64,000 nt of DNA, from assembly GCA_964016885.1 (NCBI GenBank), contig OZ024754.1, forward strand, positions 38,750,001 through 38,814,000, written 5' to 3'. How positions within the stretch are numbered: position 1 is the stretch's first letter; each line of letters starts with the position of its first letter. The stretch is from Eledone cirrhosa (lineage: Eukaryota). A program made the translations under genes and the position numbers. Below the pieces are notes generated by a model. That model had not been told where the DNA came from, did not search any database, and saw only the letters and a program-made list of their open reading frames with translations. Shown one piece after another: positions 12,234-25,000 of this stretch.

Positions 12234-13320
12234 CTTCTACCAGACCAAACCAAGTAATACTATAATCGCAAGCTCTTCTGCCAGACCAAACCAAGTAATA
12301 CTATAGTAGCAAGCTCTTCCACCAGACCAAACCAAGTAACACTATGATCGCATGCTCTTCCACCAGACCAAACCAAGTAACACTATGATCGCAAGCTCTT
12401 CCACCAGACCAAACCAAGTAATACTATGATCGCAAGCTCTTCCACCAGACCAAACCAAGTAATACTATGATTGCAAGCTCTTCCACCAGACCAAACCAAG
12501 TAAGACTATGATCGCAAGCTCTTCCACCAGACCAAACCAAGACTATGATCGCAAGCTCTTCCACCAGACCAAACCAAGTAATACTATGATCGCAAGCTCT
12601 TCCACCAGACCAAACCAAGTAATACTATGATCGCATGCTCTTCCACCAGACCAAACCAAGTAATACTATGATCGCAAGCTCTTCCACCAGACCAAACCAA
12701 GTAATACTATGATCACAAGCTCTTCCACCAGACCAAACCAAGTAAGACTATGATCGCAAGCTCTTCCACCAGACCAAACCAAGTAAGACTATGATCGCAA
12801 GCTCTTCCACCAGACCAAACCAAGTAAGACTATGATCGCAAGTTCTTCCACCAGACCAAACCAAGTAATACTATGATCGCAAGCTCTTCCACCAGACCAA
12901 ACCAAGTAAGACTATGATCGCAAGCTCTTCCACCAGACCAAACCAAGTAAGACTATGATCGCAAGCTCTTCCACCAGACCAAACCAAGTAAGACTATGAT
13001 CGCAAGTTCTTCCACCAGACCAAACCAAGTAATACTATGATCGCATGCTCTTCCACCAGACCAAACCAAGTAAGACTATGATCGCAAGTTCTTCCACCAG
13101 ACCAAACCAAGTAATACTATGATCACAAGCTCTTCCACCAGACCAAACCAAGTAAGACTATGATCGCAAGCTCTTCCACCAGACCAAACCAAGTAAGACT
13201 ATGATCGCAAGCTCTTCCACCAGACCAAACCAAGTAATACTATGATCGCAAGCTCTTCCACCAGACCAAACCAAGTAATACTATGATCGCAAGCTCTTCC
13301 ACCAGACCAAACCAAGTAAT
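12234..13320. repeat. 41-bp minisatellite, about 26 copies
   Basis: Unit cttccaccagaccaaaccaagtaatactatgatcgcaagct; period checked at 12361/12402. Confidence 0.98.
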
Positions 13321-13568
13321 AATAAAACAACACTAAAGTAAAACACGAACAATCATTTTAATATTCCAAAATTGTTCTTACTATTAAGAAAGCATATTTA
13401 TATTTACATACATATATATAATGTATGTATGGGTATGTAATATATGTGTGTGCATATAGTGTTTTGACTCTATGTGTATGTGTATATATACATATATATA
13501 TATGTATTTGTGTGTATATATATATATATGTATTTGTGTGTGTATATATATATGTATGGATGTGATGC

Positions 13569-13603
<35 letters not shown>

Positions 13604-13672
13604 TATATATGTATATGTATGTATATATATTGTACTGTATCGTTTCCCTGTGTTGTTTATCCATTTACTTTT

Positions 13673-13704
<32 letters not shown>

Positions 13705-13832
13705 GCATGTGTATGTGTTTTACCTGCACAGATATTAGATGGTGTGAAAAGATATTTTGGAAAGGCATGAAAGCCCTCAAGAGTGAGTGGAGTGTAGCTT
13801 ATCTACACTCACTGCCTGTATATTAACTTCAT

Positions 13833-13867
13833 TCAAGAGACATTAATCACTGCCGAAGGGACCAAAC
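13833..13867 (-). CDS. UBXN1: UBXN1-like terminal coding exon
   Basis: tttcAG acceptor; encodes (G)[10 protein letters not shown], the canonical UBX C-terminal LGLVPSA motif; phase 1 matches. Confidence 0.9.
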
Positions 13868-13930
13868 CTGAAATGAAAGGGAAAAAAAATAACAAATACT
13901 GTTATACATACATATACACATGTATGTATG

Positions 13931-14027
<97 letters not shown>

Positions 14028-14084
14028 GAATAATCGAGTATCGGAAAATCAGCTCACGAATTAACGATAAACAAATCCGATTAC

Positions 14085-14310
14085 AGTTTACTCAGCTGTA
14101 GAAATGAGATGATAGGGACTGGGGTCCCTATCATTCCACTGGAAAGTGGTCGTGGAGGTGCCACGGCAAAAAAAGCACCCAACACTCACTGTAAATGAGG
14201 TTGGCGTTAGGAAGGGCATCCAGCTGTAGAAATCAAGCCAGAATCAGTTCCCGTCCCACCCTTGCAAGCAGGGAAAAGCGGGCGTAAAATGAAATGATGA
14301 TGATGAATGA
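14085..14310 (+). mobile_element. SINE family A, 5'-truncated
   Basis: Matches the body and tail of 4092-4426 on the opposite strand. Confidence 0.75.
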
Positions 14311-14419
14311 TGATATATATATATATATATCATCATCATCATTTAATGTCCATCTTCCACGCTAGCATGGGTTAGATGGGAATTGTATATATCCTGGATA
14401 TATATATATATATAGATAG

Positions 14420-14451
<32 letters not shown>

Positions 14452-14552
14452 ATATATATATAGAGAGAGAGAGATATACAGACAGACATAAACAGACAAA
14501 CACACACCCATGATACAGTGGAATAATCAGAAATCATTTTGTTGGTATAAAG

Positions 14553-14844
14553 CAGAGGTTCTCAAAGAGGACACTACCACCCCCTGGGGCAGTTGAGAAG
14601 GTTCAGAAGAGTGGTGGGGCCTAAGTGGGAGGTAGAGATGATATAATAGTATATTAAATATCAAATCATACATATTATATATTAATATAGTAAAATAAAA
14701 AATATATATTTATTTATACATAGTATCATCATCATCATCATTTTACGTCCGCTTTTCCCTGCTTGCAAGGGTGGGACGGGTCTTATTCAGCACAGCATCT
14801 CTCCACTCGTTACGGTCCTTCGTCATATAGTTTGAGAACCTCTG
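14553..14844. mobile_element. hAT-like MITE containing an RTE 3' tail fragment
   Basis: TIRs CAGAGGTTCTCAAA...TTTGAGAACCTCTG; RTE tail at about 14725-14826 on the minus strand. Confidence 0.65.
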
Positions 14845-14896
14845 GGATAGAACATTGACAATATCTTATTGTAGTATTAAAATAAGAAATAATAAC

Positions 14897-15080
14897 CTAG
14901 TTGATGAAGTGACATCAGCATGTCATCCTTTGTGTAGACCTTTCGAGGGAAAGCTGTGGAGAGTTTAGGGACAGAGTTATCATCTTTGGACCATTTTGTC
15001 ATCACGTAAACCATCACAGCATCCAGAGATTCTTTGGCATCAAATTCTTTCTTCAAATTTTCACCTGTTGGTAGTCGAAT
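14897..15080 (-). CDS. UBXN1: UBXN1-like exon, UBX domain core
   Basis: tgcAG acceptor; IRLPTGENLKKEFDAKESLDAVMVYV...LSTAFPRKVYTKDDMLMSLHQL contains the UBX R...FPR p97-binding signature. 184 nt, phases 0 and 1. Missed by the ORF track. Confidence 0.92.
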
Positions 15081-16249
15081 CTGCAGAAAACATTCAATAA
15101 AAAAAGAAAATATAGAATCACTTCTACTTTTTTTTTAACTGAGGAATTTTTTAACTCTTTTATTATCATCTTTTTACTACAGTAGTCATGGGCAAACTGC
15201 GGCCCATGAGCCAAATGTAGCCCGTCTGGCATGCTTAATTTCGAAATTGCCTTGAAATTTTTTATTAGTGCAGCCGTTCTTATGATGAGGCACATCCTAT
15301 GTGGCCCTCTGCTAAACAAAAGTTGCCTCTGTCTGTTCTATAGTCACGGGCGGCATGGGCTGACTAATGTCGTGAGTGAAATTTGGTAGACAGAAATTGT
15401 AGCTTATTGTCTGTCTTAGTGTCTCCTTGTCCATATTTATGCTCCAATTCAACAAAAAGAGATAAAAAAAAATATGTACCATACTTGAAAGTGGTCAATA
15501 TGATCAACTAAATTCCTTTAACTGCTTATTTTGATCAACTAAATTCCTTTAACTGCTTGTTTTGACTGCTGCTTATATTTTACACAGCTACAGTTGCTGT
15601 GCCAGGGGTTTTTTTTCAGTAAAATCACTATTTTTTTAAACAAACATTTATTAACAACACAAATTTATTTGGTAACTCTATGTCATATCTGAATGATTGA
15701 TAAATGTCACATCAATAAACTAGTAACCCCATCTGGCTTTGAAGTTATGAACTGTTGGAAAAGAGTTAAAACATGTTAGGACGAGTTATCTCATCCGTGG
15801 CACTGGAATGTATACATGTTAGGATGAGTTATTTCATCCATGACACTGGAATGTATACATGTTAGAATGAGTTATTTCATCCATGACACTGAACAGGTTA
15901 ATGCAGTGTCCCAGCATGGCCACAGTCAAATGACTGAAAAGCATAAAATAAAAGACACCTAATGAACAAAGATTCTTACATAATCTTTTTTGTTGTCATA
16001 TTTCTTATGAAAGATAATGCTTACAATTTTCAATTAATTTTGAAAATAATCAAGAATTATTAAACTGGTGTTTGGAGCACAAATTCACAAAGGTTATTAG
16101 AGAAAAATTATATTGGTGACAGGAGAAAAAAAGCACCCAGTCCACCCTGCAAGGTGGTTGAGCTGATGACACAGCAAGAAAGCACCCAGTCAGCCTTGTT
16201 AGATGGGGGTTTTGGTGCCACAATAAAAATCACCCAGTCTACACTATAA

Positions 16250-16515
16250 TGTAGTTGGTGTTAGGAAGGGCATCCAGCCATAGAAACCACCCAGCCCACA
16301 CTGTAAGGTGGTTGGTGTTAGAAAGGGCATCCAGCCATAGAAACCACCCAGCCCACACTGTAAGGTGGTTGGTGTTAGAAAGGGCATCCAGCCATAGAAA
16401 CCACCCAGCCCACACCGTAAGGTGGTTGGTGTTAGAAAGGGCATCCAGCCATAGAAACCATCCAGCCCACACTGTAAGGTGGTTGGTGTTAGAAAGGGCA
16501 TTCAGCCGTAGAATC
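16250..16515. repeat. 60-bp tandem array derived from the RTE 3'UTR
   Basis: About 4.5 copies of ...ggttggtgttagaaagggcatccagccatagaaaccacccagcccacactgtaa..., embedded in an RTE-type tail. Confidence 0.9.
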
Positions 16516-16720
16516 AACCCAAGCCAAAACAAAACACACATCCATTTGAACAAGACAGCCACCTGTCTTGTGTAACATGACAACCCGTCTAACCCATGCA
16601 AATGTGGAAAAACAGACATTAAATGATGATAATAATTATGATAAACACTTTAAAACAAGCAGTTTTTTAATTGTAGAATCATGCAAAGGTTAATGTGTAA
16701 TGAAGTGAAAGACCACTTAC

Positions 16721-16855
16721 CAGCAGTTTACATTCAGAATAATCTTTATCAGCGATATTCTTAGCGTCTTCAGTAGGAGAGACAGGGGTGGCAGTAGATT
16801 TAGCTGGGGTAGGAGGATTGGCAGAAAGACATGCTTCCTGTCTTCTTTTGTCATT
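16721..16855 (-). CDS. UBXN1: UBXN1-like exon (Pro/Thr linker into UBX)
   Basis: cttcctcAG acceptor and GTAAGT donor; NDKRRQEACLSANPPTPAKS...KDYSECKLL; 135 nt, phases 0 and 0. Confidence 0.88.
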
Positions 16856-17300
16856 CTGAGGAAGGAACATCATCAACATCTTGTTAATCAAATTATATCT
16901 CAAAGATGTATTAGTTATGGTGCAGTTACAATAATGCTTAATTATAGTAATGGCTCAAATGTAGTGCTGCAGTTACTGTGGTATTTAGTTCTAACAATGG
17001 CTCAAGTATAGTGTTACAGTTACAGTGATGTTTAGTTGTAATAGTGTCTCAAGTGACATTGGCTCAAATATAGTGTTACAGTCACTGTGGTATTTAGTAG
17101 TAAGAGTGGCTCAAGTACAATGTTACCGTCACAATAGTTTTTAGTAGTGATATTAGCTCAAATATCATGTTACAGTCACAATGGTGTTTAGTCATAGTAA
17201 TGACTCAGTGACAGTGACTTAACTATAGTATTAGTCACAGTGATGTTTAGTGGCTCAAATGACACTAGCTAAAATATGGAAGCTGAAACAAGTTACTCAC

Positions 17301-17349
17301 CTCTTGTAATGCAACACGATCTTTCCTAATGTTCTCTAAAACCTGATTC
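17301..17349 (-). CDS. UBXN1: UBXN1-like exon (coiled coil)
   Basis: Encodes (R)NQVLENIRKDRVALQE, donor GAG|GTGAGT; phases 2 and 0 fit the neighbours. Confidence 0.82.
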
Positions 17350-17535
17350 CTGTTGAACCAAGTTCAGGAAAAGAAGAAAGCAAAAAGCATTAATATGTGG
17401 CACAATGTTATATATAACAACAACATCAACATAAACAACAACAACATCAACACAAACAACAATGACATCAACATAAACAAGTGTCAACATCGATATAAAC
17501 AACAGTATCAATAATAATAATAATAATAATCATAC

Positions 17536-17607
17536 CGAGCTAACTTCATCTGTAACCTGTCTCTCTTTAAGTCTTCCATAAGTTTTTGCCTATCAAAATC
17601 TTCTTTG
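17536..17607 (-). CDS. UBXN1: UBXN1-like exon (coiled coil)
   Basis: tttatttAG acceptor and GTATG donor; (Y)[23 protein letters not shown](R); phases 2 and 2. Confidence 0.85.
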
Positions 17608-18645
17608 CTAAATAAAAACATTAATAAATATAAATGTAAAATACCAACACTAATTACCAAGTTGTTATCTAATATATATGCATATAAACACACACACAGA
17701 TATATATACATATACATATATATATATATATATACATATATACATATATATACATATATATATACATACATATATATACATATATATATATATATATACA
17801 TGGTGGCTGCCAACTCATTTTCGAGTACGGCCACTACTTTATATCCATGTAGGAGAACCCCTACCGATGTGCTGAACAAGTGTGACTTTTGAGTCCAGCC
17901 AGCGACTTGAAAACTCTGGTACAAACACTACACTTGTGACAATTATTGACACATAGTGCTAGGCCCATGGTACCATGTGACAACAAGTGCAGAGAGCTCT
18001 CCAGATATAAAGCAATGCCTGTGCCGTGAAGCTTTTATAGTGAGCAAAGGCACTGCACAAAGCCAGTCCCACTCTCTTAACTAAGATGATATTTACCAAA
18101 AAGAAGAACAAGTCAACATCATTGGATACCATCAGGGTTGCAGGTGTTATATCAGAGTTTTCCTTCTCCTAGAATTCTGCCTTGACAAAGGCTAAGGGGT
18201 CATCTCTCCCGGTGATTTTGGATGGCCATTGACTCTTAAGAGCTCCTTTGCCCTTTGACAGGTTTTGTTTTTAGTCCTGCAGGATGTCCAAAGTCACCCT
18301 CCTCACCAAGAAACCTTGGTGGGGTTGCCAGTTTAGTCGCCAACGACCCGACCATGAGACAGGTTGTACTGGGATACATGTTACCAGTAGCACCAACTGG
18401 TGACCTGACATATATATACATATATATATACATATATATATATACATACATATATATATATATACATATATATATATTTAGGGTATATACATATATATAT
18501 GTATATATGTATATATATGTATATATATACATATATATATGTATATATATGTATATATATGTATATATATACATATATATACATATACATATATATACAT
18601 TATATATATATATATATATACACATATATATACATATATAAATAC

Positions 18646-18677
<32 letters not shown>

Positions 18678-19156
18678 AACACTTGCACTATATAACCGCT
18701 TATCTTCATGCTGTATTTTAACCTATATTTTTGATTTTTGATTGTACCTATTAATATAAATGTAATCTCGAAGTGTGTACTGCCACTCTAAATTCTGTAA
18801 TGAATGTTGACCCACAATGTTTGAATATGTATCAATGTTTGAATATGTATTGGTATGTCTCTCGACTGAAGGGGAGGTCATATAACTGTCCATGCATTAA
18901 TAAATTGCTCCGAAGAATCCAAACCTCGGTTTGGAGGAAACAGCTGTAAGCACAATAATGTTTTGAACAGTTCTTTGATTCTTATATTTCATATAACTGC
19001 TCTGTAAATCATCTGATGTTTTTACATTGAGCTACTTAACTTACTGGTAATAAGGTAGTAATACAATACTGCCTACCACTATTTAGGGTGTGTGTAAAAT
19101 ACTTACAACTGCATAAGGTTTTGTATTTACATAACCATAAATAGTATAACTAATAC

Positions 19157-19192
<36 letters not shown>

Positions 19193-19194
19193 TC

Positions 19195-19683
19195 ATCATC
19201 ATCATCATCATCGTTTAATGTCCATCTTCCACGCTTGCATGGGTTTGGAGAGTTTTCCCACTTGAGGCAAGAGTGGTTGTCTTGCTCGCATAGGACTGTC
19301 TGGCGGGTTTTCTACGGCTGGATGCCCTTCCTAACACCAACCACATTTACAGTGTGGGACTGGGAGGTTTTTACCGTGTTACCTACACGGCCACATTACA
19401 GCGTGGACTGTGTGTTTTTTTGTCGTGACACCTACACGACCTCATTTGTTTCGGATGGATGTTGTGGTACCAACATAACTTTACATTGAAAGGCGTGGTG
19501 GATGGGGTGGGGGTAGTGGGACGGGGTGCATTTTTGTTAGAGGTGCCTACTGACTGTAGTAGGTTTCACTTTGTACTTAGGTAAGGCGGGTCTTCTGTAT
19601 TACTGTGTAGCGCCAAAGATCTCGGTCCAGTGACATTGTCTTGGAGAGGTGTAAGTGTGTGAGGTCAGAATTTATCAAGTCGT
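19195..19683 (-). mobile_element. RTE LINE 3' end fragment (same subfamily as 41265-43703)
   Basis: Near-identical to 41265-41760; (CAT)n tail. Confidence 0.85.
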
Positions 19684-19709
19684 GTATATACATATATATA
19701 TATATATAC

Positions 19710-20042
19710 ATTTCATTTCATTCATTTTACGTCCGCTTTTTCGCTGCTTGCAAGGGTGGGATTGGAACTGATGCTGGCTTGATTTCTACAGCTGGATGCC
19801 CTTCCTAACACCAACCTCATTTACAGTGAGTGCTGGGTGCTTTTTTGCCGTGGCACCTCCACGACCACTTTGCAGTGGAATGATATGGACCCCAGTCCCT
19901 ATCATCTCATTTCTACAGCTGAGTAAACTGGAGCAATGTGAAATAAAGTGTCTTGCTCAAGGAAACAACACATCACCCGGTCTGAGAATTGAACTCACAA
20001 CCTTTCGATTGCAAGGCCAATGCTCTAACCACTAAGCCATGT
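19710..20042 (-). mobile_element. SINE family A, full length
   Basis: Near-identical to 4092-4426. Confidence 0.82.
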
Positions 20043-20046
20043 ATAC

Positions 20047-20077
<31 letters not shown>

Positions 20078-20166
20078 CATATATGTTATTTTTTCTATTG
20101 ATAAGTGAAAATATCATGCTACATCTCCCACCACTTCTCTCTCATTCATTATGTGTCTGCAAATGA

Positions 20167-23100
20167 GTTGGTACCTTCAATGTAAGCACGATGAAAGGAA
20201 GAGCAGGAGAAATCGTAGAAATGCTAGAGCGAAAGGAAATTGATGTATGCTGTGTGCAAGAGACTAGATGGAGAGGAGAGTCTGCTAGAGTCCTTGTAGG
20301 AAAAAGTCGGTGCTACAAATTTTTCTGGGTGGTAAATGACGATGGGATGGGTGGTGTAGGTATACTACTAGCTGACAAGTGGGTAGATAAAGTAATCTCA
20401 GTGTACGTAAATGCAAGAATCATTAAACTCAGACTCGTCCTGAATAAAACAATTACCTCAATAATATCAGCTTACGCACCCCAACCGGGGTTGCCAGACG
20501 AACTTAAGGATAGATTTTACGAGTCTCTAATGCACACTACTGCTCTAACAAATGACAATGACTTCCTAATCATCGCAGGAGATTTTAACGGACACGTAGG
20601 TAAACACTGCGACGGCTTCAATAGAGTCCATGGGGGCCACGGGGTTGGCACAAGAAATGAAGAAGGATTCAGACTTCTAGAATTCTGCGACGCCAATGAC
20701 ATGTCGATATGTAACACAAACTTCAAAAAGCCCGACAACCACCTGATCACCTATAGATCAGGGGAGCATTCTAGTCAGATAGATTTTATCCTCATCAGAG
20801 GACGTGACAAAAGGACGGTCGTAAACACAAAAGCCTTCCCTAGTGAGGAATGTACCTCCCAACATAGCTTAGTTGTCAGCGACCTCACAGTCAGAACTAG
20901 ACGAACCTGGAAACAGAGGCCAACCTGGAGAAGAAAGATCTGGAAGCTGAAAGACCCCTCAGCCAGTAACAGATTTAAAGATATTTTACTCAACGCCTAC
21001 GACAGTAAAGAAGAATAGATAGAGACATTCAATGTAGAAGAGCACTGGGAGTTCCTAAAAAATAACTTACTAGAGGCGACAGATGAGGTCTGTGGCTGGA
21101 GTAAGACCACAAGCAGGAGGAGAGTGACTTGGTGGTGGAACAATAAGGTAGATGAAGCAGTTAAGGCCAAGAGACAGGCATGGAAAGAATGGAAGAACGG
21201 GGAGAGCAGGGTACATTACATAGAGACCAAGAGGGAAGCTAGGCGACAAGTATACTTAGCTAGGAGGGAAGCAGAGGATAGAAAATTCAAGCATGTTTTG
21301 CAACGTGAGGACCAGAAACAGGAGGTGTTCAAGATTGCGAGGCAGTGTGTCAGAGAGAATTGTGATGTCATTGGAGAGAAGTGTATCCAGAATGATGAAG
21401 GTGAGCTTGCCCTCACAAGTGCTGAGAAGAAAGATGCATGGAAGAGTCATTATGATAGATTACTAAATGAGGAAAATGCATGGGAAGAAGAGACCCTACC
21501 CCAAGTAGACCCTATAGAGGGGCCAGCAGTACAAGTCAGCAGCAGCGTAGTAAGTAAGGCAATCAAAGATATGAAGATGGGGAAGGCAACCGGTCCATCG
21601 GGTATAGCTGCCGAGATGCTGAAGGCATCTGGGTCTGTAGGTCACACTATAACCACACGTATTGTTAACCAGGTAATACTAGAAGGTGTCATACCAAAAG
21701 ATTGGTGCAGTAGCATCATTGTCAACTGCTACAAAGGTAAAGGTGATGCACTAGATAGAGGAAACTATAGAGGTATAAAGCTGATGGACCAGGTCATGAA
21801 AGTAACAGAAAGAGTTATAGCACAGTTGATTAGGGACCGGGTGAAACTAGATGAGATGCAATTTGGGTTTGTACCAGGAAGAGGCACCACTGATGCCCTC
21901 TTCCTTGTGAGGCAGTTACAGGAAAAGTACCTAGCTAAAAGTAAGCCACTCTACCTGGCATTCGTCGATCTCGAGAAAGCCTTTGACAGAGTTCCACATG
22001 CTGTAATCTGGTGGGCTCTTAGAAAACTAGGAGTAGATGAATGGCTTGTGAAAGCTGTACAAGCCATGTATAGGGGAGCAGTCAGGAAAGTTAGGATTAG
22101 CAATGAGTATAGCGAGGAATTTAGCGTACAGGTTGGGGTCCACCAGGGCTCTGTTCTTAGCCCTCTCCTGTTCATCATAGTCCTGCAGGCAATAACGGAG
22201 GAGTTTAAGACCGGATGCCCATGGGAACTCCTGTATGCTGATGACCTCGCACTTATAGCTGAATCTATGGTAGAACTAGAGAGGAAATTCCAAACTTGGA
22301 AGCAGGGACTAGAGAGAAAGGGTCTCAAAGTCAACATGACAAAGACTAAGGTCCTTGTAAGTAGACGAGAAAACAGAACCCAGATCCCCTCAGGGAAATG
22401 GCCTTGCTCAGTATGTAGGAAAGGTGTAGGTAGGAACTCCATTCTCTGCCCCAAATGCAAACAATGGGTACACAAGAGATGTAGCGGGATCTCAGGAAGC
22501 TTAATTAAGAATGTAGGCTTCACATGCAGCAAACAGCCACAGGAAACAAGTACCACCAATCTCTGGGAGGGCTCTGTAGAGACAGTAGACAGCTTCTACT
22601 ACCTAGGTGACCGAATTAGCAGCGGAGGTGGGTGTTCAAAAAGTACAATAACTAGGGTAAGAACGGGATGGAAGAAGTTCAGGGAACTACTACCACTGCT
22701 AGCTGCAAAAGGCTTCTCCCTCAAAATGAAAGGCAGACTGTATGATTCGTGTATCCGAACAGCAATGTTACATGGTAGTGAGATCTGGGCGCTGAAGGTG
22801 GAAGACTTACGTAGATTAGAGAGAAACGAAGCCTGCATGCTCCGATGGATGTGTAATAGTAATATACGCGAACGACAAAGCATAAATGAATTGAGAGAGA
22901 GACCGAGCATAAGAATCAAATGCTGTGTGCAGGAGAGGCGGATGCGTTGGTATGGACATGTTATGCATATGAAGGATGACAGCTGCATAAAAAGGTGTAG
23001 AGCACTAGAAGTCGATGGAAACCGCGGAGTGGGGAGACCCAAGATGACCTGGGATGAGGTGATAAAAGCCGACCTTACCCAATTACACCTCTCAAAGGCA

Positions 23101-23477
23101 ATGACACACGACCGTGACCTCTGGCGTCACGCAGTAATACAGAGTACCCGACCTCCCATGGGTACAAGCTGAAGCATATAGACAATATGCCCCACACCCT
23201 CCCACTGCAAGATGGTCGTGGAGGTGCCACGGCAAAAAAGCACCCAGCCCACACTGTAAAGTGGACGTGTAGGTGCCACAGCAAAAAAGCACCCAGCACT
23301 CACTGTAAATGAGGTTGGTGTTAGAAAGGGCATCCAGCTGTAGAAATCAAGCCAAATCAGTTCCTGTATGAGCAAGGCATGGTCAGCCGACCCGACACTG
23401 CCCACAACAGGACAACCCGTCTAACCCATGCTAGCGTGGAAGAACGGACGTAAAACGGTGATGATGATGATGATGAT
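20167..23477 (+). mobile_element. RTE-clade LINE, nearly complete (AP endonuclease, RT, PHD finger), one internal nonsense codon
   Basis: APE motifs VGTFNV, VQETRW, GVGILL, SAYAPQ, AGDFNGH, SQIDFIL, SQHSLV; RT motifs YRGIKL, QFGF, FVDLEKAFD, GVHQGSVLSP, YADD. ORFs 20191-21018 and 21124-23172 share a frame and are separated only by TAG 21016-21018. The 3'UTR ends in (GAT)n. Antisense within a UBXN1-like intron. Confidence 0.95.
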
Positions 23478-24036
23478 ATAGATAGTAATAATAATAAATG
23501 TGAAGACTAAATCCGAAGAGGGCTCAATAAGGATAATCCTTCAGAAGATCCTGTTAAAGGTGAACAAAGCGATTCTTTGCTTAAACTTTAATGTTATTTT
23601 AATATATATATATATACATAATTTACTCATAGATCCTTCCAGATTTCGTTCCATGCTTCTGTCGACCTGAGCTTTATCTGTAATGTAACCATTTACATTA
23701 TCTCTCGCTCTCTCTATCTCTGTCTAGTTCATTTGGTTATATTTATTTATCTTTCGTTTTTCCATTGGAAATATTTGTCCTAAGGCCCCCTTTTAGAATG
23801 ATTTCATTTTATTATTTCCCACGATTGAAAATAACGAGTGAAAATATCTTACTTCATCTCCTAAAGTCACCCATATATATATACAAGGGGTGGATAGGGC
23901 CCCTGAGTCCAGTAAGACAACCTCTCTAGTGCTGGTGGCATGAATAATTGTAGCTGGTCTGTTTCTGATCAGAGGTCTGTTTGATAATAACTGAACTAGA
24001 GCTAAACAACAACAATTATATTTATAGAAATCTTAC

Positions 24037-24156
24037 TATTCTCGTAATTTAGATATTTCTTTGCCTTCAGATCGTCTTTTCTTCTCCTTCTGGATTACTT
24101 CTTTCCGATCTTTCTCTTCGTTCTCAAATCTCTTCTGCGCCAACAAATCCTGCACC
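24037..24156 (-). CDS. UBXN1: UBXN1-like exon (coiled coil)
   Basis: tatttcAG acceptor and GTAAGA donor; (R)VQDLLAQKRFENEEKDRKEVIQKEKKRRSEGKEISKLRE; phases 2 and 2. Confidence 0.9.
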
Positions 24157-24209
24157 CTGAAATATAAAAAAAAAATATTAGAAATAAACAAAAGAAAATA
24201 TAAATCAAT

Positions 24210-24505
24210 ATGTGTATAAGTGGGATCAGCTGTAGTGTGCAGGAGAGAAGACTGCGTTGGTATGGCCATGTGATGTGCATGGAAGATGACCGCTGGATGA
24301 AGAAGTGCCGAGAAATCATGGTGTAAGGAAGACGCAGTAGAGGAAGACCACAAAAAACATGGGCAGAGGTGGTGAAAGCTGACCTCAGATTCCTGAAGCT
24401 CACAGAGGAGATGATGAAGGCCCGTGACAAATGGAGAAATGCTATGCTGAAGAGGACCTGTCCCACCCTTGCAAGCAAGGAAAAGCGGACGTAAAATGAT
24501 GATAA
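24210..24505 (+). mobile_element. RTE LINE 3' fragment, short-UTR subfamily
   Basis: VQERRLRWYGHV...GRP motif, then acccttgcaagcaaggaaaagcggacgtaaaatgatga. Confidence 0.82.
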
Positions 24506-24614
24506 TGTCAAATCTAAATACTAAATATCAATGCTATGACAATTCTGATAATCTATCACCTTTCTTAACTTGATTACACAAATAAAATAAAACAAAATTA
24601 TGCTGTGCTAACCC

Positions 24615-25000
24615 TTACCTTGGGTGATGACCGAAAGAATACAATTGCAAATACAAGCGACCGAAATGGTGTTCTTCCAAAAGGTCTTTGGAGTAACGTT
24701 ACTCAATAGAGTGCATAGATCAGTGAGCCACTACTTCTCCAAATTGAGAAATCACAGCTCCAATACTATAGGCATGTGGTTAGAATGTATAAGGAAAGAA
24801 TTGTTGGACAAATTTTATGGGCAAAACCAACTGGCAAGAGACCCAGGGGTAGACTTTAAGCAAGGTGGTTGGATAATATCAACGAGCTTGGCTGGTCTTG
24901 CTTGGGGATCAAGCTGGATCAGTTGGAAACGATTGCTTCTGACAGGATCCGCTGGAGGGAGTCTTTGAGGACTCTGCTCCTATGACCCTCTCAGGAATAA
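24615..25000 (+). mobile_element. Degenerate Expander/Rex3-like LINE 3' fragment
   Basis: WVMTERIQLQIQATEMVFFQKVFGVTLLNRV resembles the post-RT region of RTE/Expander elements; frameshifted. Confidence 0.6.

Noticed and set aside
21951-23042. Antisense ORFs over the RTE elements (also 41935-43627)
   Set aside because: Opposite-strand shadows of the LINE ORF with no recognisable motifs.
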